A program made the position numbers and the translations under genes. DNA of 64,000 nucleotides from the human T2T-CHM13v2.0 reference genome, Homo sapiens. The notes under the pieces were generated by a model. It saw only the letters and a list, made by a program, of their open reading frames with translations, was not told where the DNA came from and ran no database searches. Of this stretch, positions 13,003-28,386 are shown piece after piece (position 1 is the first letter of the stretch; the number at the start of each line of letters is the position of its first letter). The stretch lies in the NCBI RefSeq assembly GCF_009914755.1, contig NC_060933.1, one strand, 5' to 3'.

Positions 13003-14738
13003 TACTGCATCCTTACAAGCAGGTTCAGTTCCTCCCAGCCTGTTGGACCGAGGGCCTTGGCTCCTCATTGGCTGTTGGTTGGAGGCTGTCCTTGGCTTCT
13101 TGCCCTTTGGATTTCTTCAGCATGACAGTTTGCTTCAACAAAGTGAGCATGTGAAGGAGAGCAAGCTCAAGCATGAGGAAAGTCACAGTGTTTCATAGCG
13201 CTGTCTTGAAAGTGGCCTCCCATCACCTTTGCTGTGTTTTGTTCATTAGAAGCTACCCACCAGGTTCAGCTTCCTACCTCCGCAAAGAGAAAGGGTCATT
13301 AGAGTGTAAACTCTAAGAGGTGGAGACCCCTGGGAACCATTTCGGGAGCTGCCTAACTTAGGCTGTTCCTGGCTCTTAATAATTTATGTCCTACAAGGTC
13401 CCCCCAAATCTCATTACATTACAGCACCAGCTCAAAGTCAAAAATCTCATCATTTAAATCAAGTCCAGGGGATGAGTGAGGCTCCTTAGATGAGGTTGCC
13501 TAAGTACAGATCCTCAAGTACAGCACTTTTCAGTCTTATACTCATGAACTCAAGACAAAAGTTATCTTCCCCTCACTCACTCTACATGCAATGGAGGGAC
13601 AGGCATGGGATAAACAGTATAATCTTTTCTGTTCATAAAAGGGGAAATGGGAGGCACACAGTAGGCACTGATCCATAGCAATTCTGAAGTACAGCTGGGA
13701 AAACATTGGAATTTTTTTGGTTAGGTCTCAAGGCCTGGGAATCATTCTCTGTGGCTCTTGGCTCTACCCTCTGGGCTCCTACTTTTGTCCTTTTAGTATA
13801 CTTACTTTTTTATGAAAGACAAAATGTGTTTGCCTCTGAGCAGTTCTCTCAGCCTCCTTCCTGCCGGTCAAACGTTGAGGTCCAATTGCCTCTTTTCATT
13901 TTGCCCTGGCTCTGTCCCTTTTAGTTCAAGCTGGAAGTGCTTTTGCTGATGTAGTTTTTTTCAGACAATTTGTGGGTTTTCTATGAATCTCACTGGAACC
14001 CACTTCATTAGATAAATTAAACTGTGGCTTCAAAGCCACAGTTACCTATCTCTTTGAGATGTGTTCCTCTCTAATTTGGACTTCCGCTGAGAAAGGTTAG
14101 GGACGACACCCTTATGCTTTTTACAGACCCCATGACTCAATAGAGAGGAATTGTGGGTACACAATTTTTTAAAAGGGCCCTTCAGGTGTCTCAATTGTAC
14201 TCTGATATTATGACTGTTCTGAGATTTTAACAAAAGATTGCACAATCACATATTGCCTTTATTTCTAGAAAATTTTGAATGTTGCTTAGATATTCTTAAT
14301 TTTAGCATCTTTTGCTATTTGCAAAGGATGAGAATTTTCTGTGTCATCAAGTCTTTCTAACAGTTCTTTCTTCAGTTTCACTTTCCCCTCTCACATTTTA
14401 TTATAAGCAGCAAGAAGAACCAGGTAATGCCTTCAACATTTTCCTTGAAGTTCTTATCTAGACTACACAGTTTGCTAGGTCCAAGTTCTGCACTCCGCAT
14501 AACTGCAAGCAGCAGTGTAGCTAAACCTTTTGCCACTATGTGATGAGAATCCCCTTCCTCCAATTTTCTATAACATGTCCCTCACTTCCTCTTGAACCTT
14601 CACTGGCAGTGTTCCCAAAGCTGAGATTTCTGCTAACAATATGTCCAAAGCAGTTTAGGCTTTCTGTATCACACACCTGAAAATCCATTCACTTTCATCC
14701 ACTGTCCAGTTTTGCAGCCACTTCTGCATTTTCAGGCC

Positions 14739-15035
<297 letters not shown>

Positions 15036-15526
15036 TCAGGCATTTTTTACCGCAACATTACATTGATACTAAAATCTGTCTTTATTATCTATTGCTATAT
15101 AATGTATTAACCCAAAACACTGTATCTTAAAACAATCATATCTATTATCTCAATGTCTGTAGCTCAGGAATCTGAGCAAAACTTAACTGGATCCTCTGCT
15201 TCAGGGTCTGGAACAGGCTACAGCCAAGGTGTCAGTCACAGCTCTGTCATCTCAAGGCTCGACTAGGGAGGGATCTACTTCCAAACTCATGTGGCTTCTC
15301 GCTCATAGGCTGTTGAACAGAGGGTTTCAGTTCCTTGCCACATGGGACCCTCCAGCATGACAGCTTGCTTCATCAAAATGAGCAAGCTGAGAAGGCAAAA
15401 GACAGTGAAAGCAAGATTAAACTCAGTCTTTTACAAGGTGACCTTGGAAATGACATCCTGCCAGCTTCGTCATATTTTATTAATGTTTATTCATTTCATT
15501 TATTTGTCATTCACTAGGTCCAGCTT

Positions 15527-16010
15527 ATGTGCACACACATACATGCCCACACACAAACACACATACATACACTCATACACTCACACATACACACATATAC
15601 ATACCTGCACACACATACACTCATATGCATTCATACACACACTCTCACGAACACATACACTCATACACCCATACACATATTTGCATACACACTCATTCAT
15701 ATACACACATATACTCATCTACACACATACATGCACATATACCCACATACATATACTCACACACACAGAAATATAGTCTCACACATACACTCATACACAT
15801 ACATATATGCACATTCCCATGTACATCCATACACATTTACACGCACCACACACATTCATACACACATAGACACCCACACACCCACACATGCATAATTATA
15901 CACTTACATACCTAGTCACATACACATAGACACACACACATATTATATATATACACACACACTCACATACATACACACATATATACCTCCCCCACACACG
16001 TGGTCACACA
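15527..16010. repeat. Degenerate CA/CATA/CTCA low-complexity tract inside an LTR
   Basis: About 480 bp of interrupted (CA)n. LTR sequence resumes at about 16037. Confidence 0.95.
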
Positions 16011-16239
16011 AAATATGCCTAGATGCATGCATATATGGGGAAGGTATGAATTTTTGGAGCTAAGAATCATTGTGAGCCATTTCAGAAACTGCCACAGGGC
16101 CTAAGACATAAGAGGTCCCCATGGAGATGCCTCCTCTGCAGTTTTTGGGGCAGGAAGCATATACTACTTTGTTTCATTTCTTTGGGGGAATGGAGCCTTC
16201 CCCATACCTGTGGCAGTAGCTGTGGAGGCTTCACAAGGC

Positions 16240-16420
16240 TTCATGTCCAAGAGGGCACCCTCTCCTGGCTGTAAGTTGGTGCTGGCCGTGGCTGGGAGCT
16301 CAGCCAGGGTTGTGCCACAGAAAGCCCCTCCTTGTGCCTCTGTGAGCCCTGGGCTTCCTCACAACATGGCAGCTGTTCTCTCAGAGCAAGCGTTTTGAGG
16401 GAGTGAGCCAGGCTAATGCC
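16240..16420 (-). mobile_element. Old MLT1 LTR fragment
   Basis: 'agttggtgctggccgtggctgggagctcagc..gggcttcctcacaacatggcagct'. Confidence 0.6.
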
Positions 16421-17917
16421 TTGGCAGACATGGCAGGCCATGTCTGCTGAACCCTGTTGAGGGAGGCAGGCACAGAGGTTCCCTCAGGTTGGCAGCAGGA
16501 CCTGGGTTCCTCCTCTTGAAGGGTGAGTGGCAAGTTCACAGTCAGAAGAACATCTGAGGTAGGGTAGGCTGCCAAGATCCGGTGGGGAATACACTGTTCC
16601 CTACTAGCTAATGGAATGATGTAATCCCCCCAAAAGAGTGAGCCGGTAACTCATTACTTTCGCTCCCAAAGAGCACATGTACAACCTACTAGGTAGGTTG
16701 GGGACTTGGACTCAGGAAGGCCTCTAAGGGCAGGGGTCTGGCCCCAGGGAAGTGTTGTGGGCAATTCTTTTAGGGACACAGAAAAATCAGAAAGAGTTTG
16801 GTCAGCACATGACCACACTCACCCCACTTCAGTGAAGGTAACTGACTCACCTCTGAGACTTGCCTTCAGCCAGGGTGTTCAGGGCAGTGATTGACAAGTG
16901 GAGAGGTATCCTCAGGGGACACCAGGACATTGGGGTGAGTCACTGGGCAGAGCCATCAGAGTGATCCTGGTCTCCTCCACTCCCAGAGGTGCCAAGGTTG
17001 CACCCTCGCTGAAGACAAGGCCCTGGGGCACTTGGCTGAGGCCACTGGACTGGGCTTTGTGGACATTCCATTAGCTAGAGGGAAGAGAGTCGTGTCTCTA
17101 GGTTGTTTCTGAGCATGACAGGGGCCACGTTCCTTGAAGGTGGTTTGCAGATTCCAGCAGGGAGAAAGCTGTGCTGGGTGGTCCCTGAAGGCCTGGGAGG
17201 CAACGGTGGACATCGTGAGACCAGCTCGAGCTGGGGTGTGGGGCCTGAGTTGAGATCAGCAGAAGGGCTGCTTTCCTCCCACATTCCAAGTCTGCAACTT
17301 CAGGGCTGGCTATCACTATCTGGCCCTCTCCAAATCCTCAGGGGCATTAGGGTCATTGCCTGGTGTGTAAACCATTAACAAAATGTAGTAGGTTGCAAAA
17401 ATGGCCTCCTCAGCATTTCATATTGGCTCCTTCGTATTTCATGTTTCCCAATATCTCCCAGCTGACTGCCCTGCCCACTGGCTTCCTGGCTCTCAGACCC
17501 TCTGCTCCAGCACAGGCCTCTTGCTGTGACTCTTCTCCGGTACCGTCTTAGCAATGGTTTTCTCCACAAACTGAGCAAAAGCCTTTATCTGCTTTCAGGA
17601 ACTTTGGGAAACTCCTTCAACTGGCTGGGGAGAATATTTTCTGGTTTTGATCTTTTCCCTAACAAGCTTGGTGTGTTCAAACAACTCTCAACATCTCACT
17701 GTGCTCTATCTTCCTCTTTTATAAAATGACAATCATGCTAACCAGCCTCTCTATCTGCAGGGCTGGATGATCCATAGCAAATATCCCCTGATGGATAAGC
17801 ATTGTGCTGAGAGACTTGCCTCCATCAGCTGTGTAAACCTCAGGATGACCTGCACACAGGTATACTAAGGCACACAGAGACCAGCTCGTAGTCAGTGACA
17901 AGTAACTTGCCAAGAGC

Positions 17918-18385
17918 TGTGGTTTAAAAGCATGTCTGCAAATTCTTGGACACTCTTGTCATCCAGAAATAGAGTCTAACCCTCCTCCCTTGAATACGGG
18001 CTGGCTTCAGTGGTGGAAATGACAATGTGTGAGTTTGAGGTTTGATTAGAAAAGATGACACAGCCTCTGCCTGACTCTCAAGGCCCTTGTTCTTGGACAT
18101 TAGCTGCCATGCTGGGAGGAAGCCCAGCAGCCACACAGAGAGGCCACGACAGCCGAGGTCCCAGCCAAGCCAGCATCAACTGCCCAACACGTCAATGAGT
18201 GATCCTGCAGAGCCTCCCATCTCCTAGCCACCGCAGCTGATGCTCTGAGAGCGGAGGCAAGCTGTCCTTGCTGGGCGCTGCTTAAACTGCAGATGTATGA
18301 ACAAAATAAAAATGGTGGTTATTTTAAGACACTACATTTTGGGTCTCTAGGTGTTTGGGGGTGGTTTTTCTCTAGCAATAGGTCC
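17918..18385 (+). mobile_element. MaLR solo LTR (MLT1G/H-like)
   Basis: 'cctcccttgaatacgggctggc', 'gctgccatgctgggaggaagccc', 'aactgcagat..aaaataaa..ttttaagacact..gcaatag'. Confidence 0.8.
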
Positions 18386-19092
18386 CCAGTCTTGTGCTTT
18401 TAGGGTCCTTGTCAAGAAGAAAAGTACAATGAGGAGGCGAGCCATGTGCCCCTTACTCTATCCAGGTCTGCTGCCTAATGTTCATCCCACCCACCCTCAT
18501 AAAGCTGGAGCCTGAAGCAGGCTCTGAGGGCTGCCTGGTGCTAAGTGCTGGTATTTCTGGTGCTTGGTTCACCGCTGCTCCCTGGCAGTCACTGGAACTG
18601 CTTAGCTCAGTGCACTGAACCCACATCATTAGAGGAAAGGAGGTGGCTAAGGGCATCTCACCACACCACGGGGCCACTAAAGCCAATGCCTGGGCTTGGA
18701 AGGCAGTATTATCTTCCTGCCCTGACCCCCAGCATCTTACAAGTATTTTCATCTTCACAAGGGAGCAGGAGGAAAGCAGGGACGGGGCTCAGTTGTCGCG
18801 TGGGGATTCATTGTTGCAGCTCTTCCCTTCCTGGCTATGGGGCTTTGGGCTGAAGCATCTCAGCCCCCTGTGGGAGACAGATCTCAGGTCTTTAATCACT
18901 GTCACCTGAAAATTCAGGGACAGACACCTGCAAATATTAGCTGAAAGGCGTTCTGTGTTGCTGAATTCCACACCAGCAGTACCCGGACTTATCAAGGTGG
19001 GATTCTTGGTGTGTGCAGTCCAAGAGCTGAAGGACTTCAAGCACTGTTGATGGCAAGTATATGATGGATCATATCATACATTTGCGATGTAT

Positions 19093-19582
19093 TTTTTCTT
19101 TTTTAAATTGTAGTGAAAAGCACACAACATAAAATTTACTATCGTAACCATTTTTAAGTGTACAGTTCAGTACTGTGAAGGACATTCACATTGTTATGAG
19201 GCCGATCTCCAGAACTTTTTTGTCTTACAAGTCTGAAACTCTATACCCACTAAACAGCTACCCCCTGTTCCATTTTTGGAAACCACCATTCCACTTTCCA
19301 TTTCCCATCTCTGTGAATCTGACTCCCCTAGGTGCCTCCAGTAAGTGGAGTCATAGAGTATTTGACTTTTTGTGATCTGCTTGTTTCACTGAGCATCATG
19401 TCGTCATGGTTCATCCCTGTGGTAGCATGTGTCAGAATTTCTTTCCTTTTGGGATGGAGTAATACTCCATGGTGTGGCTAGACCACATTTTTTTCATCCA
19501 TTCATCAGCTGATGGACACTTGTATTGCTTCCACCTGTCATCCACTGTGAGTTACACTGCTGTGAGCATGGGTGCACACATG
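19093..19582 (-). mobile_element. L1MB 3' end
   Basis: 'aacataaaatttactatcgtaaccatttttaagtgtacagttcagt', 'catccattcatcagctgatggacactt'. Confidence 0.88.
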
Positions 19583-21521
19583 CAATGCATTTTTTGTGGT
19601 CTGTAGGTCTCTGGGGATGGCCCCTTCCCCCTGGGCAGACTAAGGGCACTGTGGGCCCCTAGCCCTCGGCCCTCCTCGGGAGTTTCCTGGCAGGACAGAC
19701 ATGCACGAGGCCTCTGGCCTCCCTGGTAGGGCATGCTGGAGCAACCTGGGCAGACGCTGGCTCCAGCAGCTATCAGATTTCCTCACATTTAGAGGCCTAA
19801 GGGCCACTAGATACAGTCCATGAATTACTCCTAACTAGTTTCCTGACAGCCATGGCTGTGGTCCCACCTGTTGCAAAAAGGGAGTTTTGGGATTCCCTGG
19901 CCAGGTGGAGTCTGAGGGTGTCCAGGTCCAGTGTGTGTAAGGGCAATACAGGGCTCACTGCTCTGGCCTCCCCTTGGACGTCTACTAAATCTGCAGTGTC
20001 AGACCCAGCTGATTTAAGAAATCCTAAATGGAGCAATCCAAGAAACCACTTCATCAAGCCAACTTTACTGCAGACAGATATGAAACTGCCGACTTCTGGT
20101 CTGGCTGCACAGCTGTGTAAAACTGTTTAGCAACCTGGGTCAACAGATACTAAGCAGAGTGAAGAATGGGTCGTAAAATTTGATAGGCTGATGGGGCTTG
20201 CAAGACAGATGGGGTGAGGTGGGGTGGGCTGGGGAAGGTGGTGGAACAGGGCCCAAAGGTTATGATCTGGGTGACTTTCAGACCTGCAGAGCTGTCTGGG
20301 CATTAAACGCATGATAGCCCCCAGGAGTTCCTTCCAGAGGAGAAATAAAGAAAGGCCTGATTGCAGAATGACTGTCATGATAAGCCAGTGAGATGATGGA
20401 GGGGGGTGTCATAAATTTGGGGGTTTGGGTGTTAGGATGCAAAGACCAGTGGGGAAAGGAGAAGAGTGTGATTGCATTTTCCATACCATATTTTTTAGCT
20501 CCTAAATCAATCTCAAATTATGTGTTTCGAAGTGCCCTGGAAACCATTTGTAGCCCCAAAACAACATTAAACAATTCAGAGATGTTGTCAGAGTTATCTG
20601 GACTAGAGGGCCTCTCATGAGGTCAAGGAAGATGGTTGTGGTTCTCAGTCAGTCCACTCCAGGGGCCCTTGTGCTGCAGGGCCCTGCAAGCAGTGGGCAG
20701 CTGCCCTGGCTGCCGGCTCCCACTACTTCCCTGCTCCGCCGGGTGGCCCTCACTCCACTTTCACTCAGCGTGCTCTGCCCCCAGCCTGCCAGAAAGGTGC
20801 TGATTCTGCTGCCCAGGGAGGGCTTTTCCCTACTGAGTGGCCAAGAGCCGCTGTCAAGGGCTGTCCCGCTTTGCCTTGATTTGGCCTGGTTTGGTCCTCT
20901 GCCTGGTGCCTTTGAGTTAAGCACCCTAAACCAGGCACAGGCACCAGGGCCACCTGAGGCTGTCTTTGTGTTCCTGATGTCCTCTTCTATGAGTATTGCT
21001 CTGGATTTAAACTGGTTTAAGCAAGAGAAGACAGCCCAGAGGCGCCGCAATCCTGGCTTAGTTTTCCTCTAGTTGGATTTGCACAAGATTCGAGGTTACT
21101 TTTGTATAGGAGAGGAAATCAAAGCTAAAGGCATGGTGTTTTGATGTGAACAGGAAGGGCAGAACAATCAGAGCTGATTGTATACAGCCAGGTGACTCTG
21201 GGAGAAAATATATAACCTAAAATCATTTCATAGAAAACATATATGATTCAAAAGATTTGAACGAAGTACTTAACCCATGAAGCTAGATAAAAAGCAAAGT
21301 AAGCCTAAAGAAAAGGAAAGAAGCAAGAAAAACAAATGCAGTAGTATTTGAAATGTCATGTTAAGTGTAAAAGAAATGCAGTAGATAAGGTCCATGAATC
21401 CTCAGTCTGGTAACCCCTCCCTTCCCCAGTAATCACACAAGCACACACAACCTGTCTCATAAGCCCGATCAAGTAGGATAAGGGAGAATACAGCCTTGGA
21501 GGTGGAAAGAGTCCAATTATA

Positions 21522-21825
<304 letters not shown>

Positions 21826-21849
21826 AAAGAGTCCAATTCTAAGAGGTTA

Positions 21850-23000
21850 AGATGTCCTTTTTAAATCAATAAATTTGGAGATCCACATAGAATTGATGAT
21901 TTTCTCAGAAAACACAATCACACTGCCTCAAGAATGAGAAGAGTTCTGAGTGTACCAAACATTACAGAAGAAATAAAAATGTCAAAGTTCTACTTCCATA
22001 AAAGGCATCACACACAGTTTTATAGACTAATGAAGCGGTGGCCAATTCCCACAATATTTAAAATATTTTTCAGGGGATTAAAAGGAAAAAACAAACCAAA
22101 ACCCCAAAAACCTTTGCATGTAATTCCACAAAGGGAGAAACACACTTAAGAGTAAGATTGAATAGAACAAAAAAGAAAAGTATTTCCTAATCTTACTCAT
22201 GAATATGGCCATGCAACCATCCCAGCCACACCAGCAGGAGTCGGAGATGTATTCTCAGCAGAAATGGAATGACAAGACTCTGCACTAGGAAACCCCAGAC
22301 CCAGCTGGGGAAAGTGAGAGGAGAGTCTGCCCAGTACAGGGAGAGATCTTCTCCATTCTGCTTGGCTCCCATACACGGGGCTAGGCATGTACCTGCCCCG
22401 TTGAAAGAGACTGGAGAATTCTTATCTGAAGAATCTCATCCAAGAGGAAGCACACCCCAGAGACTCTGACATGGCAGGCTTCCAATGGAATGGCCAGGTC
22501 CTTGATAGATTACTTAGAATTCCATCTGTTTGGAAGCTAAAAACCACACACACACACACACACACACACAGAGTTTCTAATCCCTATGTGTATAAACTTT
22601 GAAATGTAAATATTTTAAAAAGTGCATAAAATAGACATACAGTAAGTATCATATTTAATAATGACATTTTGGAAGCATTTCTCTTATTGTCAGAAAAAAT
22701 ACGGATACTGACAACAAATTTAGACGTTTTACATTGTCTTAAGATCACTGCAAGAACAGGGAAAAGGACATAAATATTTAAAAGTAAGAGACACAATTTT
22801 AATTATTTATTTGCATGTAAAAATACAAGATAATCAAATTTATTTGGATTAATATGACATAATTTGGTAGTCAGATCCAAAGTAAATTTACAAAATGTAA
22901 GCATTTTTCTAAATGCCAGCAACAGGAAGATGTAATTTTAAGAACAATCCTATTCATACTATTATTGAAAACTCACAATATTTTGTAATACACATAAAAA
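21850..23000 (+). mobile_element. Highly degraded L1M ORF2 fragments (patchy)
   Basis: A-rich L1-like segments at about 21850-22190 and 22600-23000. No ORF. Confidence 0.45.
22545..22572. repeat. (CA)n microsatellite
   Basis: About 13 perfect CA units. Confidence 0.95.
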
Positions 23001-23009
23001 GACACGTGA

Positions 23010-23781
<772 letters not shown>

Positions 23782-24258
23782 CCCATATATAGGACACTAA
23801 AAACCTTTACTGAAAGATCTAAAAGAAGACTTGAACAAAGGGAAATGCAGGAGACTCTTCGGTAAAAGGCTAAAACTGTTCATATACCACACTCCCCCAA
23901 GTTAGTCTACAACATCACTGCAATAACACAATGCTTGCTGAAGTGGTCACTTTCACATACTGTTTGCAGAGGGCAATTTGTCAAGAGTCAACACATTTGG
24001 AACTTTGCCCACCTTGTTTGCCTGTCATTCCACTCAGGATTCCAGCTTTTAGAAAGAATTGCATCTGATTGTAAAAACCCAAGTTCAAGAAGTGAACTTG
24101 GTCTATAATGGGAAATCATTGGGGAAAACCCATAACTGAGTGTCAATGAAGGATTGGTAAATAAATTATGGTATATACAAAGTCTAGAATTCTATTCATT
24201 GGTTAGAGTATTGAAGTGTCTGTATATGTGATGGTGTGGGAAGATAGCTAGGATAAAC

Positions 24259-24561
<303 letters not shown>

Positions 24562-24906
24562 TAAATTTTTAAGTGACAAAATTAGGTATGTTGGAATACA
24601 AATGCTGCCATGATTTTTTCAGAGCATCAGCTTGAGTTCCCAGATACAGACTAATGGGAGGTCCTGTATCCTTCTCAAGATGTTTCCTTACTCCCCAATC
24701 ACCCAAACACCCCCAGGGGTTATGCAATCCAAACAAGAGATTCTCTGCCTTTCCACTGCCAGGCAGGGGTGGATCCCAGTGTCTGTTCCCTTGCAACCGT
24801 CTCCTGCAGCCTGGCAAGCTTGGTGTCAGGGACTATGTTTGCCTTGCCTGGCTTCCTGCCCCAGACGTTCTGGGAAGTTCTTGTGACTCCACTTCTCCTT
24901 AATAGG

Positions 24907-25574
<668 letters not shown>

Positions 25575-26109
25575 ATAGGCTCATCTGCAGGCTTGGGACT
25601 AGGTTAGGCTACTTGGTTCTTGGGGCTTCCAGGTTCCTGCCACTTGAAGGTTGTAGGGGAGGGGGTTCTTTCCTCTCATATCCCCACCTCTTCTCCCTGG
25701 TGACCCAAACCAGGGCACACAGCCTAGGGCTGTCTCTGTTCTCCACCTCTCAGCCATGGGACCCAGACTCTAGTTTCTCTCCCTGTCTGAGACATGTAAC
25801 TTCATTCCCATCATGGGCTGAATCTTCAGAACATGAAAACCCGTTTATATTATACACTGCTTTCAGGCCAGCCCCTTCTCCTGGCAATTTCTTTCTTTTG
25901 GAGGTCTTAGGCACAAAAAGCTGGAACAAGTGAGTGGCTATATATTTTATTCTCATGCCTCCCCCTGAGTCATGGAAAACTTTTGCTTGAAAACTCCAGA
26001 GTTTCTCTTGCTAAAAGCAGGAAAAAAGAAAGGCAAAATACAAATTACATATTCAGTCAGTCACCTTGTTATATATTTATTAACAAAAAACAAAAAAGCC
26101 ACCCTCCTC

Positions 26110-26310
26110 AACCCACACATTTTAAATAAGTGGGAAAAGATCTGAGAGGATTCACACCAGAGTGCTACCAGGAGTGACCACAGGCTGGCAGGGGGGTGTG
26201 GAGGGGAGATGGGGTGATTATAAGGGAGACGTCTTTTTTGCTGTGTAAATTTAACATTTGATGTTTTACAAGCATGCATTACTTTTGCAGTTTAAAAAGT
26301 CAATAAAATC
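26110..26310 (+). mobile_element. L1ME 3'-end fragment
   Basis: G-rich patch followed by 'catgcattacttttg..aataaaa'. Confidence 0.55.
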
Positions 26311-26349
26311 CATAGATTTGTAAGCACTTACGAGTTTACCTAGTGTTTT

Positions 26350-26470
26350 AAATTCAGTAAGTACTGTGTTTGTTAAACACCTACCATGCACAGTACTAGT
26401 CTAGATGCTGGGAACGCAGTATAAATGAAGCAGTGTCAGCAAAGCCCCGTCTTCCTGATGCTTCCACCAT
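26350..26470 (-). mobile_element. L2 fragment
   Basis: 'acacctaccatgcacagtact..ctagatgctggga'. Confidence 0.55.
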
Positions 26471-26604
26471 ACACACACATAGATTTTTCTACTGATTTTT
26501 TCCAAGAGGAAAAACCAGAATTATTGTCTTTTTAATATTTTATTTTATTTTAATTTTAGCTAAAGATTCACATCTATAAGGATTGATAGAGTATACAAAA
26601 TTTT

Positions 26605-26905
26605 GTCTGGATGTGGCGGCTCACACCTATAATCCCAGTCTTTAGGAGGCAGGTGGATCTCTTGAGCCCAGGAGTTCTAGACCAGCCTGGGCAACATGGA
26701 AAAACCCCGTCTCTACAAAATATAAAAAACAAAAATTAGCCAGGCATAGTAGCTCATGCCTGTGGTCCCAGCTACTCAGGTGACTGAGGCAGTAGAATGC
26801 TTGAACCTAGGAGGCGGAGGCTGCAGTAAACTGAGACTGCACCACTGCACTCAGCCTAGGTGATAAAGCAAGACCCTGTCTCTAAATAAATACATAAATA
26901 CATAA
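26605..26905 (+). mobile_element. AluJ
   Basis: J diagnostics (ttgagcccaggag, agaccctgtctc) and (TAAA/TACA)n tail. Confidence 0.92.
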
Positions 26906-26909
26906 ACAA

Positions 26910-27135
26910 AGTTTTATGACATCTGCAACAATTTTAATGAGCTGCTCAAATAATTGTGGCTTCTGTGGTGACAAAATCACAGCTATCCCAAATCCTACTG
27001 TGAAGGTACTTAAAATCACAGTGAAGACAAGGCTCAATTCCAATTAGAGGGTGGTTGGAAATAAAGATGGAATTCTTTCCCCATTCAAGTTCTCAGACTC
27101 TTTGACTTCCATCCACAGACTCCTTGGATAAATTC
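26910..27135. mobile_element. hAT-Charlie DNA transposon relic
   Basis: 'atctgcaaca..ggtgacaaaatcacag..ttagaggg..aaataaagatg..caagttc' resembles a Charlie-family terminal region. Confidence 0.5.
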
Positions 27136-28349
27136 TTTCGAGTGAATTTGTGACTTTGGTGAATTACTCCAGGGTGGAGTTTGGTGAGCTAATTTTTATA
27201 AAATTAAACAGGAAGGTATATATACACTGAGATGGGTTTTGAAAAATTAGTGCTGCCAAAGTCAAGGTGAATAGAAGAGACACTGCCTAAAAAAGTCATC
27301 ATCTTCATGTGCTCCCCAGAGGACATGGTGAAGGACTCTTCAAACCCCTCTGGAAGGCCAAGGAGGGGAAGAAGGGAGAGGAAATTGCCTTGGAGCTGCC
27401 GGGAAGGCTGTAGGAGGGTGCTGGTGTCTCCTGGGGCCCTGCAGCCCCTCCCTGCAGTAATTTAGGGAAACAGGACATGTTGGTTCCCCACAATTCCTGG
27501 ACCACAGCAAAGCTTTGTCCCTGGAAGTCCCCTCCTCATCCCACTCTCACTAAGCCTCCTCCCTTCAAAGGAAGAACAGCTTCTGTCTCTGAAGAAACCT
27601 TCAAAGGAGGGGGACAGAGCAGGGGCCCTTTCCATGGGGTGAGGGAGCTCGCAGCTCACCCCTGGGCCTGTCCCCATAGCTTCCGCAGACTGGGAGGGAG
27701 GAATGTGGCCCATCCTTCTAAGATATTGATGGGATGAATAGACCTTTTGAAAAGTCAGGGTGGAGAGTCTGGTCCTGGGGAGTTTTAATTACATCACCCT
27801 CATTATCAGTCTTTGCCTTGACATGGAATTTTTTGTTGCAAGAAGGGAAGGAGGCAGTGCAGGGCCAGGTGGGGCTGCCCAAGGATGTTGTGAGGCTCAG
27901 ATAGTGCCTGGAGAGCCCTCCTGGCGCTTGGGACTGATGAGCTCACCACAAGAAGGGCCATGACCTCATGACTGCGGGACATTGTTTTTTTTTGGCCTCT
28001 GGAATTGCCAAGATTAGCTACATGTATATATTATTTTCTTCAGGAACCATAGGCATTCCTGAGATAGGAGGATTCTGTACATTTGCAAACCTGTAGGGTT
28101 TGAGACTCACAGTGACAATCCCCAGCTTCTAGGGCTGTCATGAAAATGGCATGGGATGCTGACCCACATGGGGTGCTGTGCATGACACACTTTGCTGTTA
28201 TCCACTAAAGCTCCCCTCTGCCTGCCCACTAATCAAAGGGGTTTAAAGGTTTGAAGCCTGGCTCATGTAAAAGCTGTGACTCAAACTTCAGGATTGGGTG
28301 TTAAAATGGAGGTTACTATGCGCCACTTCCTAACAATTCTAATACAGGA

Positions 28350-28352
<3 letters not shown>

Positions 28353-28386
<34 letters not shown>

